Positions 8,047 through 17,811 of a stretch of 33,152 nt of DNA are shown piece after piece. Origin of the DNA: a virus (Duplodnaviria > Caudoviricetes); IMG/VR virus record IMGVR_UViG_3300031606_000002, positions 1 to 33,152 of that record. One strand, 5' to 3'. The position numbers and the translations under genes were made by a program. The notes under the pieces were generated by a model. That model was not told where the DNA came from, did no database searches, and worked only from the letters and a program-made list of their open reading frames with translations. Within the stretch, counting starts at the first letter, position 1. Every line of letters begins with the position of its first letter.

Positions 8047-8084
8047 AAGTGGCTAATCAGCTTCTATGCTGTAGCCACTTTATT
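8047..8084 (+). terminator. stem-loop, possible terminator
   Basis: AAGTGGCTA..CAGC-TTCTAT-GCTG-TAGCCACTT then TATT. Confidence 0.5.
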
Positions 8085-8114
8085 AATAATCTTGTTAACT
8101 ATAAAAATATAATT

Positions 8115-8396
8115 ATGGAAATGTATAATTTAGAAAATCCTGCATACTTAGAAGCTAAAGGATTAAGTAAAGTTTGGAAAGCTTATTACAAAAACTGTCC
8201 AAGAGAAGATATAATGTCAATAGGGTTTAATGAAAATAGTGGATATGTTTATATAGCTTTAGAAAGTGGTATTTCTATTGCATCTGCCTTTGGTCAGTCA
8301 GTTGATTATTTAGTAACTGATATGGATGATGGAGAGGAGTTTTTTTATGACACTATTGAAGAAGCAGAAAATAAATTAAATAAATTAAATGTATAA
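8115..8396 (+). CDS. hypothetical protein (IGFNENSGYVYIALE)
   Basis: ATG at 8115 with A-rich context; the TTG start at 8043 would run through the hairpin. Confidence 0.7.
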   Translation: MEMYNLENPAYLEAKGLSKVWKAYYKNCPREDIMSIGFNENSGYVYIALESGISIASAFGQSVDYLVTDMDDGEEFFYDTIEEAENKLNKLNV

Positions 8397-8399
8397 AAT

Positions 8400-8627
8400 A
8401 TGAAAAATTCAAAAGAATACGACCAATTATATGCTTTAAAAAATAAAGAGTCTATAAAAGAAAGAAGGAAAAAGGATTATATAGAAAAAAAATTCTATAT
8501 TTTAAAGCAACAAAGAGAATATTATCAACTTAATAAAGAAAAGAAATTAGAAAAGGCAAGAGAATATTATCAAAAAAATAAAGTAGAAATTTATAAAAAA
8601 GAAAAATTAAGAAAACAAAATGGATAA
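8400..8627 (+). CDS. K/E/Y-rich helical-repeat protein
   Basis: Repeated REYYQxNKE-like units. Confidence 0.6.
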   Translation: MKNSKEYDQLYALKNKESIKERRKKDYIEKKFYILKQQREYYQLNKEKKLEKAREYYQKNKVEIYKKEKLRKQNG

Positions 8628-8748
8628 TTACTGGTTATATACTACACCTCCTTGGGATGAGCCACAGCACGAATGTGACGAGTGTGGTAAACCAATACAC
8701 AAGACAGGACACTGCTCTTATAATTGTTGGGAAGCAAGTCAACTTTAA
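8620..8748 (+). CDS. small Zn-finger protein, 42 aa (CDECGKPI...CSYNC)
   Basis: Not in ORF track; CxxC...CSxxC treble-clef-like pattern; ends before terminator. Confidence 0.7.
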   Translation: MDNYWLYTTPPWDEPQHECDECGKPIHKTGHCSYNCWEASQL

Positions 8749-8771
8749 AATACTTTTTGTTTGTTTGAATC

Positions 8772-8801
8772 AGGTGCTTAGAAATAAGCACCTTTTTTTT
8801 T
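8772..8801 (+). terminator. intrinsic terminator
   Basis: AGGTGCTTA-GAAA-TAAGCACCT plus T-run. Confidence 0.9.
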
Positions 8802-8806
8802 GCAAT

Positions 8807-8833
8807 AAAATCAGAATTTAAATACGTTATATA
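8807..8833 (+). promoter_or_regulatory. late-promoter-like AAAAT-N12-ACGTTATATA
   Basis: Repeated bipartite motif directly after a terminator, 3 nt before ATG. Confidence 0.75.
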
Positions 8834-8836
8834 GGT

Positions 8837-9487
8837 ATGGAAGTTAAATTAAATATACCTACAAAATTAAGTGAAATTACTTTAAAACAGTATAAAAAAT
8901 TCTTAATAATACACGAAGAAAATACAGATGTTAATTTCATACAGGCTAAGATGATAGAAATATTCTGTGGTATTAGTCATAAACTTGCAACGTTAATGAA
9001 ATACTCAGACGTTGAAGAAATTACAGGAAACATTAATAAATTGTTTTTATCTAAACCTCAATTAATTACAACCTTTAAAATTAAAGAAAAGGAATATGGG
9101 TTCATCCCTCAGTTAGATGATATGACTTTAGGGGAATATATTGACTTAGATTCCTTCACAGGTGAATATAAAAATATAGAGGTTGCTATGAATGTATTGT
9201 ATAGACCTATTGAAGCAAAATTAAATGGCAAATATTCAATTAATAAATACGACCCTGAAACTAAAAATGATATGTTAGAGATGCCAATGGATGCTGTTAT
9301 TAGTTCTTTGTTTTTTTTTCTGAATTTAGGAATAGAGTTGTCTCAAATTACCCTGAACTCTTTGGCGAAACCACAAATAACACAGTTGGAGGAGTACAAG
9401 CATTTTCAGCAAAATATGGCTGGTATCAATCAGTTTTTGCCTTATCTCAGGGAGACATTATCAGATTTAAAGATATCACTCAACTAA
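8837..9487 (+). CDS. tail assembly chaperone (gpG-like, unshifted product)
   Basis: Heads tail operon; carries T9 slippery run at 9311-9319. Confidence 0.65.
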   Translation: MEVKLNIPTKLSEITLKQYKKFLIIHEENTDVNFIQAKMIEIFCGISHKLATLMKYSDVEEITGNINKLFLSKPQLITTFKIKEKEYGFIPQLDDMTLGEYIDLDSFTGEYKNIEVAMNVLYRPIEAKLNGKYSINKYDPETKNDMLEMPMDAVISSLFFFLNLGIELSQITLNSLAKPQITQLEEYKHFQQNMAGINQFLPYLRETLSDLKISLN

Positions 9488-9573
9488 AATTTCACGAATG
9501 TTTTTTAATGCTATCATTTATGAAAGACAAAAACGAGTTAGAAGCACAACAAATAAAAAAGAATTTTAAATGA
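9319..9573 (+). CDS. -1 frameshift extension of tail assembly chaperone (gpGT-like)
   Basis: -1 frame open from the T9 run: SEFRNRVVSNYPELF...KYGWYQSVFALSQGDI...KKNFK*; stop overlaps next ATG (ATGA). Confidence 0.75.
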   Translation, partial: SEFRNRVVSNYPELFGETTNNTVGGVQAFSAKYGWYQSVFALSQGDIIRFKDITQLKFHECFLMLSFMKDKNELEAQQIKKNFK

Positions 9574-10040
9574 GTCAACAAGGATCAAGAGCATTTTATC
9601 AAGTTACAGAAACATTAAAAGCACAATTACTTACTGATGTTAATGTAAACACAGTAACCACAGGAGATATAACAGATGTGGATTTACAAAAACAAACCAT
9701 CTTTCCATTATCTCATATCATAGTTAATACTGTTAGTCAAGAAGATGGTGTTTTAAGATTTAATGTATCTGTATTAGCTATGGATATTGTTCATCAATCT
9801 AACACAGAGACACAAGATATTTTTGAAGGCAATAACGATTTACAGGATATTTTAAATACACAGTTAGAGGTGCTTAATAAACTAACTCAAGTATTAAGAA
9901 AAGGCACACTTCATACTGATGCATACCAATTAGATGGTAATGCAAGTATAGAACCTTTCTATGATAGATTTGAAAACGAATTAGCAGGGTGGACTGCTAC
10001 AATGGATGTATTAATTTATAATGATATAAGTATTTGCTAA
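9570..10040 (+). CDS. putative tail terminator/completion protein
   Basis: Size, acidic composition, position in virion module (IFPLSHI, PFYDRFEN..AGW). Confidence 0.5.
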   Translation: MSQQGSRAFYQVTETLKAQLLTDVNVNTVTTGDITDVDLQKQTIFPLSHIIVNTVSQEDGVLRFNVSVLAMDIVHQSNTETQDIFEGNNDLQDILNTQLEVLNKLTQVLRKGTLHTDAYQLDGNASIEPFYDRFENELAGWTATMDVLIYNDISIC

Positions 10041-10606
10041 TGAATCTAAAAGAATTAAATAAAATGTTTAACGACTTTGGTAGATATATGGTTAATGAAT
10101 CCAGAGCAAATCTTAAAAAAGATAAAAAAGGTGGAGGACCATTATCTGAATCAATAAAATATAAAATAAATAATAAGAATGGTAAGTTTGAGTTTTATTT
10201 TGAAATGCAAGAATATGGAGAGTTTCAAGACAAAGGAGTAAAAGGAGCAGACCCTTCAAATATTTCACCTAATGCAAAAATAACAGGACAACAAGCACCA
10301 AGGTCTCCTTATAAATTTGGCTCAGGTACTTATAGTGGGTCGTGGAAAAAATTTGTTAGAAGCATAGCAGCTTGGGCACAAATGAAGCACGTTAGATTTA
10401 GAGATAAAAAAGGAAGATATGCAAAAGGCAACTATCAATCACTTGGATATGTAATAGCAAGTAATATTTATAATAGAGGTTTAAAACCTTCTTTCTTTTA
10501 TACTAAACCTTTTAATAAAGCATTTGAAGGTTTACCTGATGACCTTTTTGAATCATTTGCAATAGATATAGAACACGGATTAATAGAACAAACAAACAAA
10601 AAATAA
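10040..10606 (+). CDS. putative tail completion/neck protein (HK97 gp10-like)
   Basis: Basic protein with LSESI, YGEFQDKG, GLKPSFF..PF; TAATG coupling. Confidence 0.5.
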   Translation: MNLKELNKMFNDFGRYMVNESRANLKKDKKGGGPLSESIKYKINNKNGKFEFYFEMQEYGEFQDKGVKGADPSNISPNAKITGQQAPRSPYKFGSGTYSGSWKKFVRSIAAWAQMKHVRFRDKKGRYAKGNYQSLGYVIASNIYNRGLKPSFFYTKPFNKAFEGLPDDLFESFAIDIEHGLIEQTNKK

Positions 10607-11619
10607 TGGCAGGAATACTCTTAAGAAGTCCAGTTTATAAAACAGTTACAGCAGGTGCAGGAACCTTTTCAACTAAATGTACTATCACAATAGATGGAAC
10701 ATTAAGATATACCCTTGTTAAATCAACTTCAGCAGGAGCTACAATACTCTGGGAGATTGCAGAATTATGTAGAGATTATATAGAAACTGACCCTATGTTA
10801 AGACCTGTGGGAACAGATATTCCAATAATTACAGTTGTAAGCTCTCACGTAGCTACAGATGGAAGTGGTGCATCAGTTGCTACTACTACTTTCACAGATG
10901 TAGGATATGATGGATATGGAACTTTTTTAGAAGGAGCGAGTCCATCTGTCTCAGCAGATGGCACAGCTCCTCCGGGATGGTTAGTATCTGGCAAGTCCCC
11001 AAATGAAGGAACTGATAATTATTTCTATTCATATGTGCCTACTGGCGCAACAGGGTGGATTCCATACATACACGCAACAAGTGATGAACTACAGTATCAG
11101 CAATACACAGCTTCTAATGACGAAAGTACTCCGATAGCATTAACAGGTTCATTCGATATGAATTTTATACGAATTGATTGTACCAAATACGGAGCAGGAA
11201 ACAGAATATTATTCACAAATAAATTTGGAGCGATACAAGAAATATGGTTCTTTTTAAAAGAAGTTAATGCAACTTCAAGAAAACAAAAAACATTTGAAAG
11301 AAATATTATAAGTCCTACAGGAACTTACAGTACAATAGAACACACTAAACAAGTTTTTAATACAACTGCTAATAATACACTAACATTAAGCTCTGGATTT
11401 TATCCTGAATGGGCAAATGAATGGTTTGAACAGCTAATGCTTTCCGAGTCTGTATGGCTTTCAAATTCAGCTATTAATGTAAACCCCGTCACAGCAGACT
11501 TAACGCCTTTAAACGTTAAGAAAAGCCGTATGACACGCAAGACATCCCTAAACAATAGACTCATTGAATATAAATTTGACTTTGAAATGTCTTATGATTA
11601 TATAAATAATGTTAGATAA
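10606..11619 (+). CDS. virion structural protein (tail tip/distal)
   Basis: Beta-rich T/S/G composition, FTNKFGA motif, coupled to neighbours. Confidence 0.55.
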   Translation: MAGILLRSPVYKTVTAGAGTFSTKCTITIDGTLRYTLVKSTSAGATILWEIAELCRDYIETDPMLRPVGTDIPIITVVSSHVATDGSGASVATTTFTDVGYDGYGTFLEGASPSVSADGTAPPGWLVSGKSPNEGTDNYFYSYVPTGATGWIPYIHATSDELQYQQYTASNDESTPIALTGSFDMNFIRIDCTKYGAGNRILFTNKFGAIQEIWFFLKEVNATSRKQKTFERNIISPTGTYSTIEHTKQVFNTTANNTLTLSSGFYPEWANEWFEQLMLSESVWLSNSAINVNPVTADLTPLNVKKSRMTRKTSLNNRLIEYKFDFEMSYDYINNVR

Positions 11620-13700
11620 TGCAAAAACTTCAGTTATATATTGCTACAGAAAGAATTGATTTATTTAAAGATGAGCAAGTTTCTATAAGTTTATCTCAGC
11701 AAGATGTAAAAGACCCAAAAAAGATATTTACAGAGTTCACCAAAACCTTTACAATTCCTGCAAGTGCTACAAATAATAAAATATTTGACCATTATTATAA
11801 TTATGATATAATAAACGGCTTTGATGCCAGAGATAAAGTAGAAGCATCAATAGAATTAAATAACATTCCTTATAAAGATGGCTTTATTGCTTTAAATGGA
11901 GTTCAGTTAAAACAGAATAAACCTTATTCTTATAAGATTACTTTCTATGGTAAGACAATTAATCTTACTAAAACATTTGGTGAAGACGATTTAACTGTAT
12001 TAAGTGGAGAATTAGATGCTGCTTATGGATTAGATTATACTTATACTAATGTTCAAACTAAATTACAAGGAGCTGTAGGTGATGTTATTATTGCTCCTTT
12101 AATTACACATACTGACCAACTTTACTATAATTCAAATTTAACAGGAACAGATGGAAATTTATATTATAGCATTGGAGCTTATCAAGGAGTAATGTGGGAT
12201 CAATTAAAATTTGCTATTAAAATAGATACAATAGTTTCAGCTATTGCTACTCATTATTCATTAACTTTTTCAGATGATTTTTTTAGCAACGCTACTAATT
12301 ATCAATTCAATACTCTTTATTTATGGATGCATAGAAAAAAAGGTAAGGTAGAACCAACTCAACAGATTGCAAATTACTCAACTCAAGTTGATGGATTTTC
12401 TTTAACTTCCTCCTCTGGTAATTCTGGTGCTACAATAATGTCAGGCACCACGACCTTAGAAATACAACCAGGTTCTGATGACTTAATACAAAATGACTTA
12501 GAACTTGATGTAAATGCTTCTTATACTACGATTCCTTATAGTGTTCGTTTATATCAAAACGGCTCGTTGTGGTGGACTTCAACTGAGGTGGCAAACGACA
12601 GAACTTTAGATAATTCAGATTTTGGATATCTGCCCGTAGGTCTTTATTATGTAGAAATCGTTACAGCAACAGCTATGACCTTTGACAATATAATGTGGAG
12701 TATAGCAGGTGACCCTCAATTGCCTGATAACGAATACGGATGGACTGCAGTATATGAATCAGGGTCATTCGATGCTACAACTATATTTGAGTTTTTACCC
12801 TCTGCTCAATTACCTACAATTAAGGTAATTGACTTTATGAATGGCTTGTTTTCTATGTTCAATCTAACTGCTTTTTATGACAATCAAAAACTATTAGTAA
12901 ATGGAAGCGTAAATCCAGATTATGGTAATATAAAAATTCAAACTTTAGATTCCTTTTATGCTAATAATTTTAATACGTGGGATATTTCAGAATATATTGC
13001 AATAGATACAAGCGAAGTAAATGTAGGATTACCATACAATGAAATTTCTTTTGGATATGAAGGCGTTGAAACTTTACTTGCTCAGACTTTTTCACAGGAA
13101 CAAAGTATGGCGTGGGGATCAATAAAATATTCAGGAGGCACAAGATTAACAGGTCCAAACACTTCTTATACAATTAGTTTACCTTTTGAACATATGCAGT
13201 ATGAAAGGTTAGTAAACCAATTCAATAATGGAACTACAACTATTCAGTATGGTAGATTTGTAGATGATAATTTCGATTCTTATTTAGGTAAACCTTTAAT
13301 CTTTTATCCTGTTAAACAAACAAGTGGTACAGCAATATCATTTTTAACAACTGCTACCTCTCACGTTTCTTTAGTTGATTATATCATTCCATCAAATACC
13401 AGAGCGATAGTAGTGACGACTACTGACAGCATTAATTTCAATGATGACGTAAACGAATATACAGGAGCATCTGGGTTTACTGGAACGTTATTTAATAATT
13501 ATTACAGCACCTATATAACTGATGTCTTCAACACAAAAAGAAGAATCACAAGAATATCCGCTTTTTTACCCTTAAAGATTGTATATAAATTACAAATGAA
13601 TGATGTAATAACTATCAACAATCAAAACTATAATATAAATAGTGCAAACATAAACCTGATTACAGGCAAAACTAAATTAGAATTATTAAACAAAGTATGA
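11619..13700 (+). CDS. tail tip/baseplate hub-like structural protein
   Basis: 693 aa, FTKTFTIPA..NNKIF.H, next to tape measure. Confidence 0.6.
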   Translation: MQKLQLYIATERIDLFKDEQVSISLSQQDVKDPKKIFTEFTKTFTIPASATNNKIFDHYYNYDIINGFDARDKVEASIELNNIPYKDGFIALNGVQLKQNKPYSYKITFYGKTINLTKTFGEDDLTVLSGELDAAYGLDYTYTNVQTKLQGAVGDVIIAPLITHTDQLYYNSNLTGTDGNLYYSIGAYQGVMWDQLKFAIKIDTIVSAIATHYSLTFSDDFFSNATNYQFNTLYLWMHRKKGKVEPTQQIANYSTQVDGFSLTSSSGNSGATIMSGTTTLEIQPGSDDLIQNDLELDVNASYTTIPYSVRLYQNGSLWWTSTEVANDRTLDNSDFGYLPVGLYYVEIVTATAMTFDNIMWSIAGDPQLPDNEYGWTAVYESGSFDATTIFEFLPSAQLPTIKVIDFMNGLFSMFNLTAFYDNQKLLVNGSVNPDYGNIKIQTLDSFYANNFNTWDISEYIAIDTSEVNVGLPYNEISFGYEGVETLLAQTFSQEQSMAWGSIKYSGGTRLTGPNTSYTISLPFEHMQYERLVNQFNNGTTTIQYGRFVDDNFDSYLGKPLIFYPVKQTSGTAISFLTTATSHVSLVDYIIPSNTRAIVVTTTDSINFNDDVNEYTGASGFTGTLFNNYYSTYITDVFNTKRRITRISAFLPLKIVYKLQMNDVITINNQNYNINSANINLITGKTKLELLNKV

Positions 13701-13828
13701 TTAAAGAAATAATAAGTTTATTAAAATATAGTAATAAAGAAACCGAAAATATCAGAATTGCAACAGGTAAAAATAAACTTGCTACAACTTGGAGCGAAGC
13801 ATTTAAACAAATTAAAGACATATTATAA
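13697..13828 (+). CDS. small hypothetical protein, 43 aa (MIKEIISLL...IATGKNKL)
   Basis: Not in ORF track; ATGA and TAATG overlaps fill the gap exactly. Confidence 0.7.
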   Translation: MIKEIISLLKYSNKETENIRIATGKNKLATTWSEAFKQIKDIL

Positions 13829-15855
13829 TGGCAATAACAAAAGTAATAGTAATAAGCGCAGAAACTCAAAAAGCACAAAAAGCTTTGAAGGAAGTCAATA
13901 TGACGCTTGAACAACAAGAAGATTTATTAAAAGATATTCAGCGTCAAATAGAAAAACTTGAAGACCTAAGGGATAAAACAAGCAGCAAAGATTTAAATAA
14001 AATCAAGAAATACAATGATGAGATTGCTATACAAAATAAAAACCTTAAAAGAACAAAAACAAGGATTCAAGAAAACAAACAAGCAAGAACCAAAGAGACA
14101 AAAGCAATAAAAGAATCTGTAAAAGAGCAAAGAGAATACACTGGAGTATTAGGATTAATTGACAAGATGACTGGTGGTGCTGTTTCTGCTTTTCAACGTT
14201 TTACCCAAGGTATTGGTAGTGCTACAAAAGGAATGAAACTCTTAAGAATAGCGTGGATAGCAACAGGTATCGGTGCTTTTGTTGTTGTAATAACATCTTT
14301 AATAGCTGCATTCACACAAAGCGAGGAGGGTCAGGAAAAACTACAACGAGGTCTTAAAATGATGGGAGCAGTTGTTAAACAGATAATAGATACTTATGCC
14401 AAGTTTGGCAAAGCAATTATAGACGCTTTTAGTAATCCAATGGAATCTCTTAAAAGTTTAGGTAAAGGAATAAAGAATTTTCTTTTAAATCCTTTTAAAT
14501 CTATCAAGGAAGCAGTAATAGGTGCAAAAGAAGGTATAAAAGATTTTATAAAAGAAACAGTTGAAGAAGTTAATGTAATCGGCAAAGTTACTGCTGCAAG
14601 ACAAAAAGCACACCGTCTTGAAAGAGCTTTAATAGTTGAAAGAGCAGAGGCAAATCAAAAAATAAATAAAATCCGTTTAGATGCAGAAGATAGAGAAAAT
14701 AAAACTTCAACTGAGCGAGTTAAATTATTAAAAGAAGCGCAACAAATTGAAGAAGAAATTACTAACAAACAAATCAAAGCAAAAAAACTTTTAGTAGATG
14801 CCCAAAAATTAGAAATGGCGCAAGGCTTAAATAATATTGCTACGAAAGATAATCTTGCAAAACTCGAAGCTGAATTAATAAACTTAACTACACAAAAACA
14901 TAGAAGTCAAAGATTACTTCAAACACAAATTACAACAGCAGCAAGAGAAGAAATCACACAGCTTAAAGCAGTACAAACATTTAAGGACGGGATGATTCTT
15001 AAAGATGAAGACAATAGGTATCAAGCTATTGAAAAACAAAAAGCAGATAGATTAATTGAATTGGAAGAATTATTAGTTAGTGAAACAGAAAAACAACAGC
15101 TTAAATTAGATATTGAACAAAATTTTAAAGACCAAAAGAAAATTATTGATGACGAGGCAAAAATATTAGAGGAGGAGGAGAAAGCTGCATTATTAGAAAA
15201 AGTTAATGAAGATGAAATCTTAAAATTAGAAAAACAAAAAGAAAAAGACTTAGCAGAACTTGAAAGATTAAAAGGTACTGAAGAAGAAAAGAATAAAATA
15301 ATAGCATTTTATGCTAAAAAAATTAAGAAGGTAGAAGATAAAGAGGCTAAAGAAAAAAAAGAAAGAGACGAAGCAGTTGGGAAAGCGAAAATAGCTATTG
15401 CTATGAGGTCAATGGCACTTATTGGTGAGATTGCAGGCAAAGGAAGTGCAATAGGAAAAGCAATGGCAGTAGGACAGGCTACAATTTCAGGAATTGAAGG
15501 CGTACAAAATGCTTTTACTACTGCTAACAAAAGTCCTATCACAGCGGGTTTTCCTGCCTATCCTTATATTCAAGCCTCACTTGCAGGGGTGTTTAGCGCA
15601 TTACAAATTAGAAAAATATTATCAACTAAAGCAGATGGAAAAGGAGCAACTCCAAGTCCTATAGTTAGCGGAGGAGGTGCGCCTCAAGTAGCACCTCCAT
15701 TACCTCCTTCATTTAATACTGTTGGAACAAGTGGAACAAATCAATTAGCAGATGCTATAGGAGGACAAGCACCTGCAAGAGCATATGTAGTTTCTGGAGA
15801 TATTACCACAGCACAAGGGTTAGAAAGGAACACAATAGAGGGCGCAACAATATAA
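13828..15855 (+). CDS. tape measure protein
   Basis: Long helical protein, IATGIGAFVVVI hydrophobic segment, coiled coils, A/G-rich C-terminus. Confidence 0.8.
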   Translation: MAITKVIVISAETQKAQKALKEVNMTLEQQEDLLKDIQRQIEKLEDLRDKTSSKDLNKIKKYNDEIAIQNKNLKRTKTRIQENKQARTKETKAIKESVKEQREYTGVLGLIDKMTGGAVSAFQRFTQGIGSATKGMKLLRIAWIATGIGAFVVVITSLIAAFTQSEEGQEKLQRGLKMMGAVVKQIIDTYAKFGKAIIDAFSNPMESLKSLGKGIKNFLLNPFKSIKEAVIGAKEGIKDFIKETVEEVNVIGKVTAARQKAHRLERALIVERAEANQKINKIRLDAEDRENKTSTERVKLLKEAQQIEEEITNKQIKAKKLLVDAQKLEMAQGLNNIATKDNLAKLEAELINLTTQKHRSQRLLQTQITTAAREEITQLKAVQTFKDGMILKDEDNRYQAIEKQKADRLIELEELLVSETEKQQLKLDIEQNFKDQKKIIDDEAKILEEEEKAALLEKVNEDEILKLEKQKEKDLAELERLKGTEEEKNKIIAFYAKKIKKVEDKEAKEKKERDEAVGKAKIAIAMRSMALIGEIAGKGSAIGKAMAVGQATISGIEGVQNAFTTANKSPITAGFPAYPYIQASLAGVFSALQIRKILSTKADGKGATPSPIVSGGGAPQVAPPLPPSFNTVGTSGTNQLADAIGGQAPARAYVVSGDITTAQGLERNTIEGATI

Positions 15856-15859
15856 ATAT

Positions 15860-15886
15860 AAAATCACAAATTAAATACGTTATATA
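15860..15886 (+). promoter_or_regulatory. late-promoter-like AAAAT-N12-ACGTTATATA
   Basis: Repeated bipartite motif, 3 nt before ATG. Confidence 0.75.
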
Positions 15887-15889
15887 ACT

Positions 15890-16489
15890 ATGAGGATAAT
15901 AGAATTAATTTTAGATGAAGACGAAGAAGAAGCAGGAATAGAAGCAATTAGTATAGTAGAAAATCCTGCCATTGAGGAAGAATTTATTGCTTTAAATTCT
16001 CAAGAAATTAAACTTGCTGAAATCTCAAAAGATAAAAAATTATTAATGGGTGCTTTGCTTGTTCCTAACAAACCAATATATAGAAAGTCAGGAGAGGATG
16101 AGTATTATATATATTTCTCAAAAAATACTATATCCAAAGCATCTCAATTATATTTAAAAAATGGTAATCAAAACAATTCGACTTTAGAACATCAACATCA
16201 ATTAAGTGGTTTAACACTTGTAGAATCGTGGATAGTAGAAGATAAAGAGAAAGACAAAAGTCGTTTATATAATTTAAATGTTCCTGTAGGAACTTGGATG
16301 GGCACTGTAAAAGTGAACAATGATGAAGTATGGAACGAATACGTTAAAACAAATAAAGTTAAGGGTTTCAGTATCGAAGGATATTTTGCTGATAAAATGG
16401 AATCTCCTAAAGAGTCGGTGGAAGAAAAAATGGAGACTGAAAATAATAAATTACTTAAATCGATAAAAGATATTTTAATCAATGATTAG
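15890..16489 (+). CDS. prohead serine protease (XkdF-like)
   Basis: AISIVENPAI, TLEH, VESWI, GTW, KGFSIEG. Confidence 0.8.
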   Translation: MRIIELILDEDEEEAGIEAISIVENPAIEEEFIALNSQEIKLAEISKDKKLLMGALLVPNKPIYRKSGEDEYYIYFSKNTISKASQLYLKNGNQNNSTLEHQHQLSGLTLVESWIVEDKEKDKSRLYNLNVPVGTWMGTVKVNNDEVWNEYVKTNKVKGFSIEGYFADKMESPKESVEEKMETENNKLLKSIKDILIND

Positions 16490-16661
16490 AAGAATCCGAA
16501 AAAACAGAAGACCAGGGAGTGCAGGTTTTATAGCTGCACGAAGTTCTCAAAATGGAGGTCAAAGAGGATGCCTATGTCCTGATGCTTTAAACTATTCTCG
16601 TGCTTGTTGTGATGGTTCTTTATGGGCACAAGGGGTTGGAAGTGTTACAAGAATAAGTTGA
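16482..16661 (+). CDS. small Arg/Cys-rich protein, 59 aa (RGCLCPD..YSRACCDG..AQGVG)
   Basis: Not in ORF track; fills gap between protease and scaffold. Confidence 0.7.
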   Translation: MIRRIRKNRRPGSAGFIAARSSQNGGQRGCLCPDALNYSRACCDGSLWAQGVGSVTRIS

Positions 16662-16667
16662 AAATAC

Positions 16668-16694
16668 AAAATTTTAAATTAATCACGTTATATA
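16668..16694 (+). promoter_or_regulatory. late-promoter-like AAAAT-N12-ACGTTATATA
   Basis: Repeated bipartite motif, 7 nt before ATG. Confidence 0.75.
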
Positions 16695-16701
16695 TATAAT
16701 T

Positions 16702-17343
16702 ATGAAATCGACTGAAATGTTAAACAAAATTAAAACACTTCTAAACATCGAGGTAAAACTTGAAGAACAGAAGTTAGAAAATGGTACTGTTGTCGAAGCA
16801 GAGTCATTTGAAAAAGGAAAAGAAATTTTTATCAAATCAGATGATGAAAGGGTAGCCTTACCTGTTGGTGAGTATATTCTTGAAGATTCTCGTTTGTTAG
16901 TTGTAGAAGAAGAAGGATTAATCGCAGATGTTAGAGAAGTTTCTGACGAAGTTCCTGCAAAAGAAGACGAAGAAATTACTTCAGATTTAGAAGACAAAGA
17001 AGAGGATTACAAAGAGGATGGAGAGGAAGCAGAGGTTGGAGATTGGGCAGGAATGGAGAAAAGAATCCAAAACTTAGAAGACGCAATCGCAGACTTAAAA
17101 GGTGACAAAGAAAGTAAAATGGAAGAAGACCTTGAAGAAGAAGCTGAAGGAGTTTTAAAATCAAGAACAGTAAAAGAAGAATTTGCTGAAGTTGAAAAAG
17201 AAGAATTATCTCAGCCATCTTCAAATCCTATTAAACATAGTCCTGAATCTAAAAAACAAAGAAAAACAAAAGGTTTTTTATATTCTCAAAACAGAGTAGG
17301 AACTACAATGGATAGAGTTTTAGAAAGATTAAATAATAAATAA
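16702..17343 (+). CDS. capsid scaffolding protein
   Basis: Highly acidic, coiled-coil, between protease and capsid. Confidence 0.65.
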   Translation: MKSTEMLNKIKTLLNIEVKLEEQKLENGTVVEAESFEKGKEIFIKSDDERVALPVGEYILEDSRLLVVEEEGLIADVREVSDEVPAKEDEEITSDLEDKEEDYKEDGEEAEVGDWAGMEKRIQNLEDAIADLKGDKESKMEEDLEEEAEGVLKSRTVKEEFAEVEKEELSQPSSNPIKHSPESKKQRKTKGFLYSQNRVGTTMDRVLERLNNK

Positions 17344-17366
17344 TTAATAAATAAAAATTTTAAAAA

Positions 17367-17786
17367 ATGGGTACGTATAAATATTTATCAAATGACGAAA
17401 GCTACAATCAAGTAGCACAATCCTACTACACAGCTACAGGAGATATTTCTGAAGCAGAGTTAGGGAACGACCACAATGTAGCAACAGATGCTTTAACTAT
17501 TGGTTTACCTTTAATTACTTCAGGTAATTTAGGATGCACTGTTTTCTTTAGAAATACAGGTGCAGACGCTAACAATACAGTTGTAATGTCACCAAAAGCT
17601 GCTAACAAAATCATAGGTTCAATTACTTTATCTGGTTCAATAGTTAGTTCAGGTGGTGTGTTAGATAAAGATTTTATCAATACAAAAGCAACATCTATAA
17701 AAGGTGATTGGTGTTTACTAAGAGCTGTTTCATTAACTGAATGGTATATAATCGGAGCACAAGGAATTTGGGCATCAGAAGCATAA
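17367..17786 (+). CDS. putative head decoration protein
   Basis: Small beta-rich protein immediately before the capsid gene. Confidence 0.5.
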   Translation: MGTYKYLSNDESYNQVAQSYYTATGDISEAELGNDHNVATDALTIGLPLITSGNLGCTVFFRNTGADANNTVVMSPKAANKIIGSITLSGSIVSSGGVLDKDFINTKATSIKGDWCLLRAVSLTEWYIIGAQGIWASEA

Positions 17787-17811
17787 TTAATAATAAATAA
17801 AAAATAAAAAA

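Noticed and set aside
8043-8114. TTG-initiated N-terminal extension of ORF 8043-8396
   Set aside because: Runs through a strong hairpin; ATG at 8115 has better context
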